NCBI GenBank assembly: GCA_012295275.1 | Contig: CM022673.1 | Span: forward strand, 27,218,001 to 27,282,000 | Source: Chrysomallon squamiferum | Lineage: Eukaryota > Animalia > Mollusca | Direction: 5' to 3' | DNA: 64,000 nucleotides | Made by a program: the position numbers and the translations under genes | Shown here: in pieces, positions 1 through 11,841 of the stretch | How positions within the stretch are numbered: the stretch's first letter is position 1 | Layout of the letters: each line of letters starts with the position of its first letter | The notes under the pieces: model-generated | The model's database searches: none | The model's input: only the letters and a program-made list of their open reading frames with translations | Told to the model about the DNA's origin: nothing

Positions 1-80
1 TATTGCTTAACTTTGAATAGCCTTCCAGACTAAAAATAATTTTTTATGTCATAAATCTAACATTCCCTTAAGGATTATAA

Positions 81-82
<2 letters not shown>

Positions 83-160
<78 letters not shown>
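83..160. repeat. (GT)n microsatellite
   Basis: Direct reading. Confidence 0.95.
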
Positions 161-711
161 TTCATTTTAACATTTAATTAATACATTGTGATAAATAAAA
201 CTGCTTATAAATGAAGTCGATCAAGTTTCTTTTTCTTTCTTTTTTCTTTATTGTTCCATAATTATAATATTGATAGTTTTATTTTAGTTTCAGCTAATAT
301 ATTTTTATTTTAAAAATTTTGTTTTATTTCTTGATTATTTTTAAAGTATGTGTTATACTCTTAATACAATATTCTTATTTATTTTATATATTTTTTTACT
401 TTCATTCTTTTTTATTATATTTTTCAGGTTTTTGTTATTCATATATTTTTATTTTTATTTTAAAAAGGTTTTATTTTCTGTGTCATCTTCAGTTATGATT
501 TTTTTTTTTTTCTTTTTTTTTTAATTGTTTTATTTTATTTTATTTTTTTACTTATTTTCTATTTTTGTTTAATTGATTTTTATTGTTATTATTAATATTA
601 TTATAATTATTCAGTTATGGTTTTTGATGGTTTTTGTATTATTATGATTATTATGCATGTAGTGTGGAGTGTTATATACTAACATTAATCACAAGTACTA
701 GACAGTCTCAA

Positions 712-1350
712 AGTGCAGTGGTTAAAACTTGGTCTTCATACTGATAATCTGCAAGATTGCATCTTTGCGTCATCTCCTTGATTCACAGAGCATTAACATT
801 TTTATAATGCTTAAAGAAACTAAGTAACTTTTAAAGTAACTATTATTAATTACAGCAGAGGGAAGTTGGACATTCTATACCAACAGTATCTCTGATAAAT
901 ATTCTATTGTACTGATTCTGCTATTCATTGGTTTACTGGACTGTGAGCCCAAAAATAATGTGCCTAACAACTAGAACCAAAAAAAATAACTAGCAACAAC
1001 AACAGCAACAATAAATTCGATAGTTAATATTTTGCATATTTAAATATTAATTCTAATTGGTTCATACATTCAACACTTTTGAAATTTTTTAACATTTAAC
1101 TGGAGATTCAAATGTGTCTCCCTAGTACATATTTAAAAAAAATATGAGTCATCTTGTCAGAAGAGAGTTAATGTTTTACAAAGTTAGTGAGAAGACAGGA
1201 TGTAGAAGTCTCTAACCTAGGATCTTTTAGCCAAAAAATATGTTGTGATTTTACAATTCCTTAAATAACTTGAGCAAAGTGAGCTGGTACTGAGATGCAA
1301 TCTTTATGCCTATCAAGCCACAAGGTCAGAGGTTTAACCACAGACACTGG
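712..1350. mobile_element. Two oppositely oriented, degraded tRNA-SINE-head-like remnants (about 712-790 on +, about 1270-1350 on -)
   Basis: Both read gtg..gtggttaaa...tgata...aagattgcatct on opposite strands (753-764 vs 1293-1304), with an A-box-like start. Confidence 0.35.
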
Positions 1351-3514
1351 TCTAGTTAGTGCAATTACCTGCCATTTTAGATGTATATGTATTGAACTTT
1401 CTGATTGGTTAATGAATGTTCTGAAATTTGTTTAGACCAATAAAATGTTTGATTACAATCAACAGTTTAAAAACAGAAATCTAGTCATGTTAATCAATTT
1501 TCATTTGTCTGCTTTTTGGTTGTGATTATGAACATTCTTTACTGCTTTAAAATAATATGATTTCTTTTTTTTTCTTCTTTATTTTTTCTTCTTTTGTTTT
1601 GTTTTATTTATTTACTTATTTTCTATTTTTGTTTAATTGATTTTTATTATTGTTGTTATTCTTATTATTATTATTATTATTATTATAATTATTATTTTAA
1701 TGTTCAAATGTTTCATGATTTTTACATTATTATATTTATAAATGATATATTTTTTTTAATGTTAACAGTGATAAATATTTTTATGTTTTGTGATATAATG
1801 TGATTATTGATCCAGATGATTAATGGTTTTGCAATATTTTATTTAATTTAAATGTGTATTATTAAAATTTATTTATTTATTTATTTATTATTATTATTAT
1901 TATTGTTATTAGTATTATTATTATTATAACTTTTTTTTTTTTTTTTTGATGTGAAATGATATGCATAGTAAGATATAAAATGTATTGTTTTGATCTTGTT
2001 GATTTATTTTACAATCAGTAATAAAAACAAATTAAAAAAAAAAAAAAAACCAGTATGAAGTCTATAAATGTTTGTGTTTGTTTGCGTTTATGTGTGTTAT
2101 AGGATCAGGTGCAGAGTTTCTTTATAAAGTCAGCATAATCATCATGGAAAAATAAATAACTGCAGCTTGAATTCACACATAATATAAAAATAAATACTGA
2201 CATAATTTCAATCATTTATCTCTTAAGTTTAATTATGTTCCCAAGAATGAATTTTATTAAATAATTTAAACTGAAATATGATGGGACAACCAAAAAATCA
2301 GGCTTTTGTAAAGAAGCACTGAGAATTAAGTCATAACAGATCTTTATGGGACTTTTCCATTTTGGTGAACCACAAAGTTGTTGCATAAAATTATTTTAAG
2401 AATTTCAAAATGGTAATAATTTTTATATTTTATAACAAATCATCTAAGAGTTGTGATGATACATGAACATTCCATTTTTCATATGCTGTCAGCATTACGC
2501 TCACATAAAATATCTCACCACATTGTTTTGGAGTTATGCCCTTTGAATTTGTGTTTCAGCAGTTTTATATAAATGATGAATACAGCAGTTAAATGTATTG
2601 AACTGTGAACTGATTTGATTGCATCAAATGCTTAAATATGTTACATAGATGAAATTTTCAGTAGGCAAACCACAATTTTATTTTAAAACCACATTTTATG
2701 TTATTTACAGGTGCAAAACTTCAGTCTTTTCCTGTGAAAAGATTAGGTGCTTTAAAATGCGATAGTTTAATTAAAACTATTTCATATTACTTCTATTTAC
2801 TTATATTACCTGTTAAAAATAAACAATGACATGATTTCAATCATTTATCTTTAAATTATAAGCATTGTGAGCATATTTATCTTTGTCTGCTAAAAACACC
2901 AAACTAAACAAAAAAACAGAAAACAATCATTATAAAATATAGAAATGTTTTAATAATTATTATTCATAATTGTTACTGTTATAAAGCAAGTGCTTGAGCA
3001 TGTGTATTTTGTGAATATATGCATGTTATTGATCTCTCAGATCTTTTGTATTGATTATTGTAAATTTCCCTTATACTGTTAACAAGAATCATATTGATAA
3101 TAAAAGAAGTAGCAGTATTTTAGGTACCAACATACAGTTCATATGTTCAGTATTATTTATGGAATATTTAAGAAATTGTATCACATGTACATATTGGGTC
3201 CAGAAGTATAATTGTTTCTAATTGCTATTTTTTAGGTTCCATTTAAATTGCATCACAACATTTTCCATATTTAACTGAAAACAGTTTTTACTATTAATAT
3301 TCCAGAATTTGTGGACAAGTATTTCTGTTTTATCACTGGTATATTGCCTTTCAGTATTTCGTGATATATTTTTACTATGATCTCTTTTATAGCCTACAAC
3401 AGATCTGCTGAATTCTTTATTTATGGCCTCTACACTAAGTTTTCTTAGTCTTTCCATGAAGTTTTCTGTAATTCCAATCAGACAAATTTCCAACATATCC
3501 ACTCATCAGCTAAG

Positions 3515-3900
3515 TTGAATCTGTCTCTGAAGTTAACACTAATCTTGACTCTGACCCTAACCCTGACATTAGCATTAACCCTTACTCTGATTCCATTTCT
3601 TAATTTTGAATCTAACCTGACTTTAACCTTAACCCCAACTCTGATTCAGTCTGTAAACCAGAATCTAATTTTAAACCTAACCCTGACATTCATCCTGACT
3701 GATTCTAAACCTTATTTTAGACCTAACCCTGAATGTTACTCTAACCTGACTCTGATCTTAAGCCTGATTTTAAACTTAATCCTGACTGTGATCCTAAGTC
3801 TAATTTTGAACCTAATCCTGACTCTGATCCTAAGCCTGTTTTTGAACCTAATCCTGACTCTGATCCTAAGTATAGTTTTAAACCTGAATCTGAATTTGAC
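3515..3900. repeat. Degenerate (CCCTAA)-like hexamer array with 36-bp higher-order units
   Basis: 6-bp periodic accctaaccctgac...; four 36-bp units cctgactctgatcctaagcctgattttgaacctaat at about 3746-3890. This explains the Leu-alternating pseudo-ORF 3515-3943. Confidence 0.8.
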
Positions 3901-6900
3901 AATCCTTACCCTGTTTGTAACACTGATTATGGTTCATCTCTAAGCATGTCCATTATATTGACATGGTTGGTAATAAAAAAATATTTCAGTTTGTTATTTT
4001 CTAAGTAAGATTTTATTAGTCTCATTAATATTTAATTTTACTGTTCCAACTTGTTTTATGCATTTTTAGTTGATCAGAAAAATCCATAACTCCTTTCATC
4101 TTTTTTTAATGTTTTTTCATTTATTTTTATTGTTGTTTTCCAGATTCTCAATTTTCAGTTGTGTTTTGTTGCATTAATTTATTTACTTGTACAGTTAATA
4201 TTATTTTATTTTGTTATATTTCTGTTGTGTTGAGTCTTGTACATTTAATTAACTTTTGCAGGCATTCAGCTTGCTTATGGTTACAAAACTTTACTGTATT
4301 TACAGGCATACCTTTATCTTTCATTCTTTTTTTTTTTTTTTTTTGATGTAGTAACATTTTTATCATCACTTTTGTAATTATTAATCATACCAATACAGAC
4401 TAGGAATCATTTTGTTATTATTTTGTCTTAATTATTATTGTTATTTTATTCTTAGTGTAAATACGTATCTTAATTATTATTGTTAAGTTATTGCCAAAGT
4501 AATTATGCATAAAAATTTGTAAATGTTTGGGTCACAGTACTAACATTCAGTCTAATGGTAATAACAATTCCATTATAAATGGTGTCATGATTTTTGATTA
4601 TATTAATTTTATATCTTGGAGTAACCAAGATATATAATTAATATAATAAAAAATTATGATACCTTTTGTTACAAGGACAAAGTTAATTTATTTTTTTTTT
4701 TTTCAATTTAATGGAACCAGAAACTTCTTAGCCTACACTGCCACTGTATGTTATATATAGATTGGTAAATTACTGTTTCTGAAATGCACATTTCTTGTAT
4801 TAAATGTTTACACTGTCATCTGGTCAAAAAAACAATTTTATTTGATTAACATAAAACTAACTAGTAATGAGTAATAATTCCAAATTTAGTTTCATGTTTC
4901 ACACAATTATGTGAATATATTTAAATAACATAAAAAGATTTTTAAGGGTTGCTACTGAACTGTTTGTTAATGCATGTGAATGATTATTATAATATGTTAT
5001 AATATAAGTGTGTACCAGTGTGGTATTTGTCTGTGTGTAAGAGTGGCCCTTTCATTGGTGCCTTTAATACCATGTCTTGAAAAAAAATATAATGTAATTT
5101 AGGTTGTTTTTCTTGCAGGGGTTTTCATGCCAAGACGTGTGGCAAAAATAGCTTTAAATTTATTTTAAAAATAAACATATGTTTATGTTATTACAGTTTC
5201 AATGCCAAATTCACATGTCTTTGTTGTTTTCTTCAGAATTTGTATGTGCTAAATAATCAATGATTTGTTTGCAAAACTCACTTCTTCATAATTTTTTTTT
5301 TTTTATTACAATATCTAAAATATATTCATAATCCATTTATACTCAGTTATAAAACTGCTTTTAAACAGTATTAAAATATTTAATGACATAAATGGCAGTT
5401 TTTATACTTGTAATCTTCATGCTTTTGAATTATTTGACCATTCTGTTCTGTGTCCAATTAATTTACAGTTTGTTTTGTGTCTGGATGATTATTAGATAGC
5501 TTTTTTTTTTTTTTTTTTTAATTTATTGAATTATTGTTTGAATCTTCATTTTTTATTTTTTATTTTTTTTATTTTTTTTTGGCTCAACAGTCCTGTTGAT
5601 TAAGCATTAATCTACTGTGAACGTAAAAAGAATTACATATTTACATGACATTTCATTACTATATTGTGAAACACCATTTCACTTTGTTTTTAAACCATTT
5701 TCATCAGAATTTTTAGTTTTAAATAATTAGAAGGCAGCTGTTACAATTTACACCTATTTAAATTAACCAAACATTTTTTTTAAATATATAAAGCAAATTG
5801 TTGTTTTTCTTGATGTTCCTTTTTTCTATACATATTTCAACTACATTAATTTTAGAAGTTAAATAAGAGTCTTTTTTAAAACACCTTTTCTTTGTTTTTT
5901 TTTTTTCTTTAATTGTATTAGTATTATTATTTTGTACTTATCAGGTTTAATGATTTATTTCTTAAAACATTGTTTTGTTGGTATTTTAATGTAAACTGTA
6001 AAAAAAATTTACTGTCCAAAATTCAGTGCATATTTTTGCCTTGCTATTTACTGAAGTAACTGGGATGGTTAGCATACATTTTTGTAATTTAAATTTTGTA
6101 AAATATGCTTGTCATATTATTAGTTATTTTTGGCTTTCTTTCCCAACCTAGGTTTTTGGGTTGTTGTTTTTTTTGTGCCATAAAATTGTGTTACTTTCAC
6201 ATCTATATTATATTGAAAGAGCTTATTGTTGTTAATTTTTGTACACTTTTGATTTGCAAACTGACATATTCTTAGCAAATTTATTCACTATAAAAATAGG
6301 GGAGATATCAATAATATCAGTAATAATAATACAGAATGTGTCAGTTAGAAAAATTAAAAGATTAAAATTCTGTGATTTATTTGCAAGTAAATAAACATTT
6401 TGCTTATTAAGCATTGTTTGTTGATTTATTGTCATTATTGTTTGTGTCATATATAACCTTTTTGATGAGCAGATATATTTTTAGAAATCATAATGGTTGT
6501 TTACATTTAAAAAAATATTTATATTTAATTTGGTGAATTAATAGAAATATAATAAATGTAAATAATAATAGTAAATCAAATGCAAAGAATAGATACAGAC
6601 CTACTTATTTCCTGAAAATAAAAAATAATAATTACAATAAATAAAAAGAAAACTTTGAAAATAAAATGTTCATATAAATAATTTATGACCTTTTTTTTAC
6701 TAACCAGTTTTTTTATTATTATTATTATTATTTTTAATTTATATTATTAATGCAGTTTACAGTAACTTTTCAATATATGTTATTTATTTTTTAAGTTTTA
6801 TAAAATAATATATAGTTATTACATTTTATAATAGGATGTAATATTTATTTATTTTTTTTTTTTTTTTTTTATTTTTAGTTAGCCAAATGGGTTACAAGAA

Positions 6901-7634
6901 ATAATGACATTTTAGTCAAGCTTTGTTTGGTTTTTGTGTACGTCTCAAAAGGGTTAAAATAAACACGCACACACGCACACACACAAACACCATCTGATAA
7001 AGACAAAAATCGTAAATGTTTCATTGTTATTCTATATATATCCAAACTAAATAATATTGATATTTTACTTGAGTTAAGAAATTCTGTTATTTCATTTAAG
7101 AAACCTACCTATTTTGATACGAATCATACATTATTAAACTGATAATTATTTTATCGACTAAATTAAATAATTTAACAGGCTTGTTATTTATAATGATTAT
7201 TTTATAATAATAATAATGATAATAATAATAATAATAATAATAGTAATTTTCGGTTAAATACAAACATAAATGAAGATTATATTTGTAAAAAAGCTTTGAC
7301 AAAAAAATTGTCATTATTGTACAAAACACCATTCAAGAAAATACCGAAAATACATCGAGTCTTTTCGCCGATACTCGTAACGGAATATTACGGAAAAGAC
7401 CGAGGTACATGACATTTTTATTCGGTTTTAAAATAGTGAAACATTAAGAACATGTTAAACCAAAGATGTTCTAGTATTTATTTATAACATTCCTGAAAAC
7501 AAAATGTTTTGTACATGTATATTTTATATATATTTTTTTAACGTTATCACTGATTAAGTTAGATTAACATACAGTTGCAAGCCGTTAGCTGAAAATTCCT
7601 TAAAAATTAAAAAGCCTAAAGCATATTGGGTATA

Positions 7635-7648
7635 GTTGCCATGGCAAT
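7635..7648. promoter_or_regulatory. X-box (RFX-binding) motif GTTGCCATGGCAAT
   Basis: 13/14 match to the palindromic X-box GTTGCCATGGCAAC. It lies about 380 bp upstream of the YTH-NTase ATG and just downstream of a CpG-enriched patch (7340-7430). Confidence 0.5.
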
Positions 7649-8026
7649 GATTAAAGCAGCTAGATATTCTTGAATATGATTTTAATATAATTTTTATGTA
7701 ATATTAAAAGTGAGTAACATCTAGAAACCCTTTACATTTAATAATAATAATAATAACGAAATGTATAATGATGGTAATTTTGTGTTTTAATTTACATTTT
7801 TATTATTAAATTTGGCACACTAATTCAATAACAAAATAAAATAACAAATATCCCCAAACTGACAAATAAGCAAACAGCAAAACCTCATAAACGAAAACTT
7901 ATGACAAAAGCATGGACAACATAAAATCCTCATTTTATTAAAAAATACATTAACTAACTAAAAAAAATGATTTCCATTAAAATTCTTTGAATACATTTTC
8001 ACCATATCAAGACATTACCATCAACT

Positions 8027-9696
8027 ATGGCCAGTTCGGGCTGCTGTGAAAAATACTATTTTATTGTGAAATGTCGAAATATAGAAGCTTTAAAAAAATG
8101 TTATGAATCAGGTAGATGGGCATGTAGGAATAGAGTTAAACCCCCTCATCCACACACCATCCTAACACACTGTTTAAGAAGGAAGCCTGTCATTTTAATA
8201 TTCAGTGTTAATAACTGCCATGGTTGGCATGGTTACTGTGAAATGACTGATGTTCCTGAAGCTGTTGGTAGCAGCAAATCTGATTCTGGTTTTAAAATGA
8301 TTGACAGCCATGATGCTGGTGTTGATGAATTGGATGGTGGCAAAAATAAAGAAGATGGTATTTTAATACCTAAAAATATTGATGATACTAAAATGGAGTC
8401 ATGTTCTTCGGTTGCATTTGAAAAGGAAACTGAAGAGACTGAATGGTATTATTTCAATGTCCAGTGGAAAACAATATTTTTAAAAGAATTTGGAGAACAG
8501 TGTTTGTCATCAGCCAAAACAGAACACTTTTCTGTGTCAGAAAATCTTAAAGTTAACAAAGCAAGAAATTGGCAAGATCTTCCTGAAGATATTGGCAGAC
8601 ATCTTTGCGAGTTGATTGATGAGCACTATGCCGAGTTAAAACAACAATTACAGCTGAAAGTTGATGCTCAGAAAGCTAAACAACCTGAATCATTTTTGGT
8701 ACCCGGTGTAAAAGAGGACAGTCACTGGTACTGGCAGAAAGCAGTTTCCAAGGTTGAAGAGGAACTTGGAAGAATTCATCTTGCTTGTCCATTTGGAAGT
8801 CAGAGGTAAGTTATGTTGAAAAAATATTGGAAAATTAGTTTAATACGAATGAAAAAAGACAAATAATAATGATGAAGATGGTGCTAAATAAATAAATAAA
8901 TAAATACCTAAAAAGAGGAGCAAGTTAAAATTGAATTTTGAATTTTCACCAATCATTAATTTTGTAAAATGATATAATATCTGTTTATTTATTAATTTAT
9001 TTATTTATTTATTTATTTATATAGTTGTTTTCTTCCTTGTTGTATTTATAGGTACAATTTGCATGATGCTGACAGTGATATCGATGTGTTTATAGTTTAT
9101 CAAGCAAGCACAAAAGATGTTTTGGGACTTAATCCACCAAAAGAAACAATCAAGGTTTAAATTATCTTAGTATCAGATTTCTGTGGTGTATCAAAAAATT
9201 TCTGAAAGCAGAAATGGAACTAATAAAGGGCGACAAATTGTTCAAGCTCATAAATATTTTTTTATCTTTTCTATTTTTTGTTTTTTGAATTTGTTTATTT
9301 ATTTATCTATTTTTTTACATACATATTTTTTTCAATCATTCTAAAAATGATGATGATATCTTCTGTTGATTTTTCACATTTAAAAAATAGAGGCACTATT
9401 GTTTTTTCTTCTTTTCTATGCTTTATATACTGCATGTAGCTTATTTAGAAAGAAACAGTTCTTTCCCAGTTTTTGCAGATGTAGTGTATTGATAATTTTT
9501 TAAAACTGGAATTATTTATGCAAAAAGGTTCATATAATTTTGACTTGTCCCTCCCCAATAAAAAAAATCCTGCATATACATGTGCTTCTTCCTATTTTTC
9601 TCTTTCTGAATAAATGTATATGTGTATGCAAATATATATTTATGTAAATGTTTGTGAAAATATGTTTTTGTGTGTATTTGTGTGTGTGCATCTATA

Positions 9697-9733
<37 letters not shown>

Positions 9734-11841
9734 ATGTACATGTATATAAATGATTGTGTTTGTTTTCAGAACAGTGATAAAGATGGATGTGACTACACGA
9801 TTCTAGAACTACACAGATACTGTGATCTGCTGGCCACTGGTGATCCTCGTTGTGTTGAGACTTTGTTCCTGCATGAATCAAGTCTAGTGAAATGTTCCCA
9901 AGAGTGGAGACAACTCAGGGAAAAGTCTGAACTCTTCCTGACAAGGTTTGTCTGCCAAGTTTAGCGTAATTTTACACCAAAAATATATTGTTGCAGTTAG
10001 GACAGTAGTATTTCTTTTAAAAATAGCTGCCTAACAACTGTTTCCAATTCATACACACAATTGTTTTGATTCAGATTAAAATATGTATGATATGTGTTAG
10101 AATCAGGTTAGGATTAGGGTTAGAGTTAGGATTTGGATTACTGTTATAGATATTATTAGATTAGGAGAAGAAGCTATTGAAATTCATTTCAGAGAGAAAA
10201 AGTAATAATTGTAAAATTCTCCACAGAATTAAAAAGAACATTAAGAAGAATATAAATTCAAGGCTTAACTAAATAAATTTTGCAGGAAATTTTTCACTAA
10301 AAAATAATTTAAAAATTTGAAAAAATTAAGTAATTTGTTTTACTAGACAGTGCCTGGACAAATATCTTCGAGATGCACTAGGATCAAATGGTGTAAAACA
10401 GTTGTCGAAGTGGAAAGACCTGAATCCTGAAACAAAGGAAGTACCTACAAGAATTAAGAAGCTGGTATATATCATAGTCAGACTTCTTCAAAATGCAAGG
10501 TATGGTTCTTTTAGGCACTTAGCATACTGAACCAAAATATTTGCTTTTGACAAATACAATAGATGTTAAAAATAATGAAATATAAACAAAATATTTGGAT
10601 GAAAATTTATTATTAGTTATGATTTCAATTTTTTGTTTTTGTTTTTAGTATTTCATAATTATTTCTAACAGCATTATTCATCAAAAAAATAAATAAATAA
10701 AAATAAATAAAAAACATTACTAAAATTAAAAGTGTTTGCACCAGTCAAAGCTTAGCTAAAACCTTTTAACTGAACATGGTTTTTAAACACAGCTGAGTAA
10801 GAACATTTACACAACTTTTGTTCTTTTCTAACTCTTCAAGATGTTTTGTTTGTGTTGTTATTTTTGTTTTAAACAATACTAGTTAAGACACACAATCACA
10901 CACATACATACATACACAAAGACACTCACTCAGGATGTTGTGTGTATTCAGAAGTGTATGTGTGTGTGGATTGGTGTTGACTGGTTTTTTCACTGCTAGT
11001 GTAGCCACATATTTATACACTCAAGATGTAGGTTGTTTTGCTGTTTGTCTGCATAAGCACACAAAAAATATGTGTTTTTTATTTAGAGATATCATTCAGG
11101 GTGTCCATCTTAAAGTATTCCGGGAAGCTGGTTCAAATGAACATCAAGTACTAAAGTCCATTAGACAGGATCAGAAAACAATAGATGATATGTGGAGCAT
11201 AATAAAGAGGTACAATATGTAGATAATAAATGAATGTTTAATAGATTAAAGTACTAATGCATTAAATGAATGAAGAAGAAAGAAATATTTTGTTTAACAT
11301 CAACGTTTTTTTTCAATCTTATATATGCTTTTTTTATATATGTTATTGAAAATGTCCATTCAGATAATGAGAAAAATTCCAGATAGAGGCTATACAATAA
11401 AATCCTTTTATTCCACTGATCTGAAACAGATTTTTTATTGGTGTGGTCACAAAAACAGGACTACACATACCAAGGCCTTTAATGAAATGGTGCTTAACAC
11501 CTTTTGGACAATTGAGAAGGTTATCATCATTACCATTTAATCCAAAACAACCTAAGAGTGATATATGCGTTGTATATTTATTTTGAAATTTTCTTTGAAG
11601 GTTACAAATAATATATTTGTTTGATATATCTAAATGCACCTACCTATCTAATCTAACAATCTATTGGTCTACATAAACATACATATAATATTGTTTTTCA
11701 CATTAAATTTTATACAGTCTTATGGATGAGGTGGAACAAGGAAAAGATAATGTTACCATGGATACAACAGAATCAAAGAAACTTGTGGAAAAATGGCTTC
11801 TTCAGTTAAGATATGATGACTTCCATTTGCATTCACTATGA
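8027..11841 (+). CDS. YTH-like domain fused to RlaP/YcgL-like (Pol-beta superfamily) nucleotidyltransferase, 485 aa, 6 exons
   Basis: Exons 8027-8805, 9052-9154, 9770-9945, 10347-10499, 11087-11209, 11718-11841. All introns are GT-AG, phases are consistent, and the total is 1458 nt with no internal stop. The N-terminus has YTH hallmarks: YYFIVKCRN...SGRWAC...VILIFSVNNCHGWHGYCEM...FNVQW...KVNKARNWQDLPEDIGRHLCELID. The C-terminus has FGSQRYNLHDADSDIDVFIVY (hGS-x10-DhD), DYTILELHRYCDLLATGDPRCVETLF and a terminal VEKWLLQLR, as in RlaP/Nuc-transf proteins. Confidence 0.88.
11265..11515. mobile_element. Degraded gastropod SINE-like repeat in intron 5 of the YTH-NTase gene (related fragment at about 24550-24690)
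   Basis: Motif order gaaagaaatattttgtttaac...cagataatgaga...cttttat...acaggactacacataccaaggccttt resembles an abundant gastropod SINE body recalled from memory; not searched. Confidence 0.35.

Noticed and set aside
495-2850. Short degenerate duplications (about 551-590 vs 1615-1655; about 2185-2222 vs 2815-2850)
   Set aside because: AT-rich low-complexity local duplications with no coding or structural signal.
3218-3502. 94-aa minus-strand ORF with natural-looking composition
   Set aside because: GTG start immediately preceded by an in-frame TGA, no usable acceptor and no recognisable motif; at most a decayed transposon fragment.
3515-3943. 142-aa Leu/Thr-rich 'membrane protein' ORF
   Set aside because: Translation of a hexamer satellite; non-ATG start.
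8027-11841. Bacterial contamination as the origin of the RlaP-like domain
   Set aside because: The gene has five canonical spliceosomal introns with host microsatellites and lies among ordinary animal genes.
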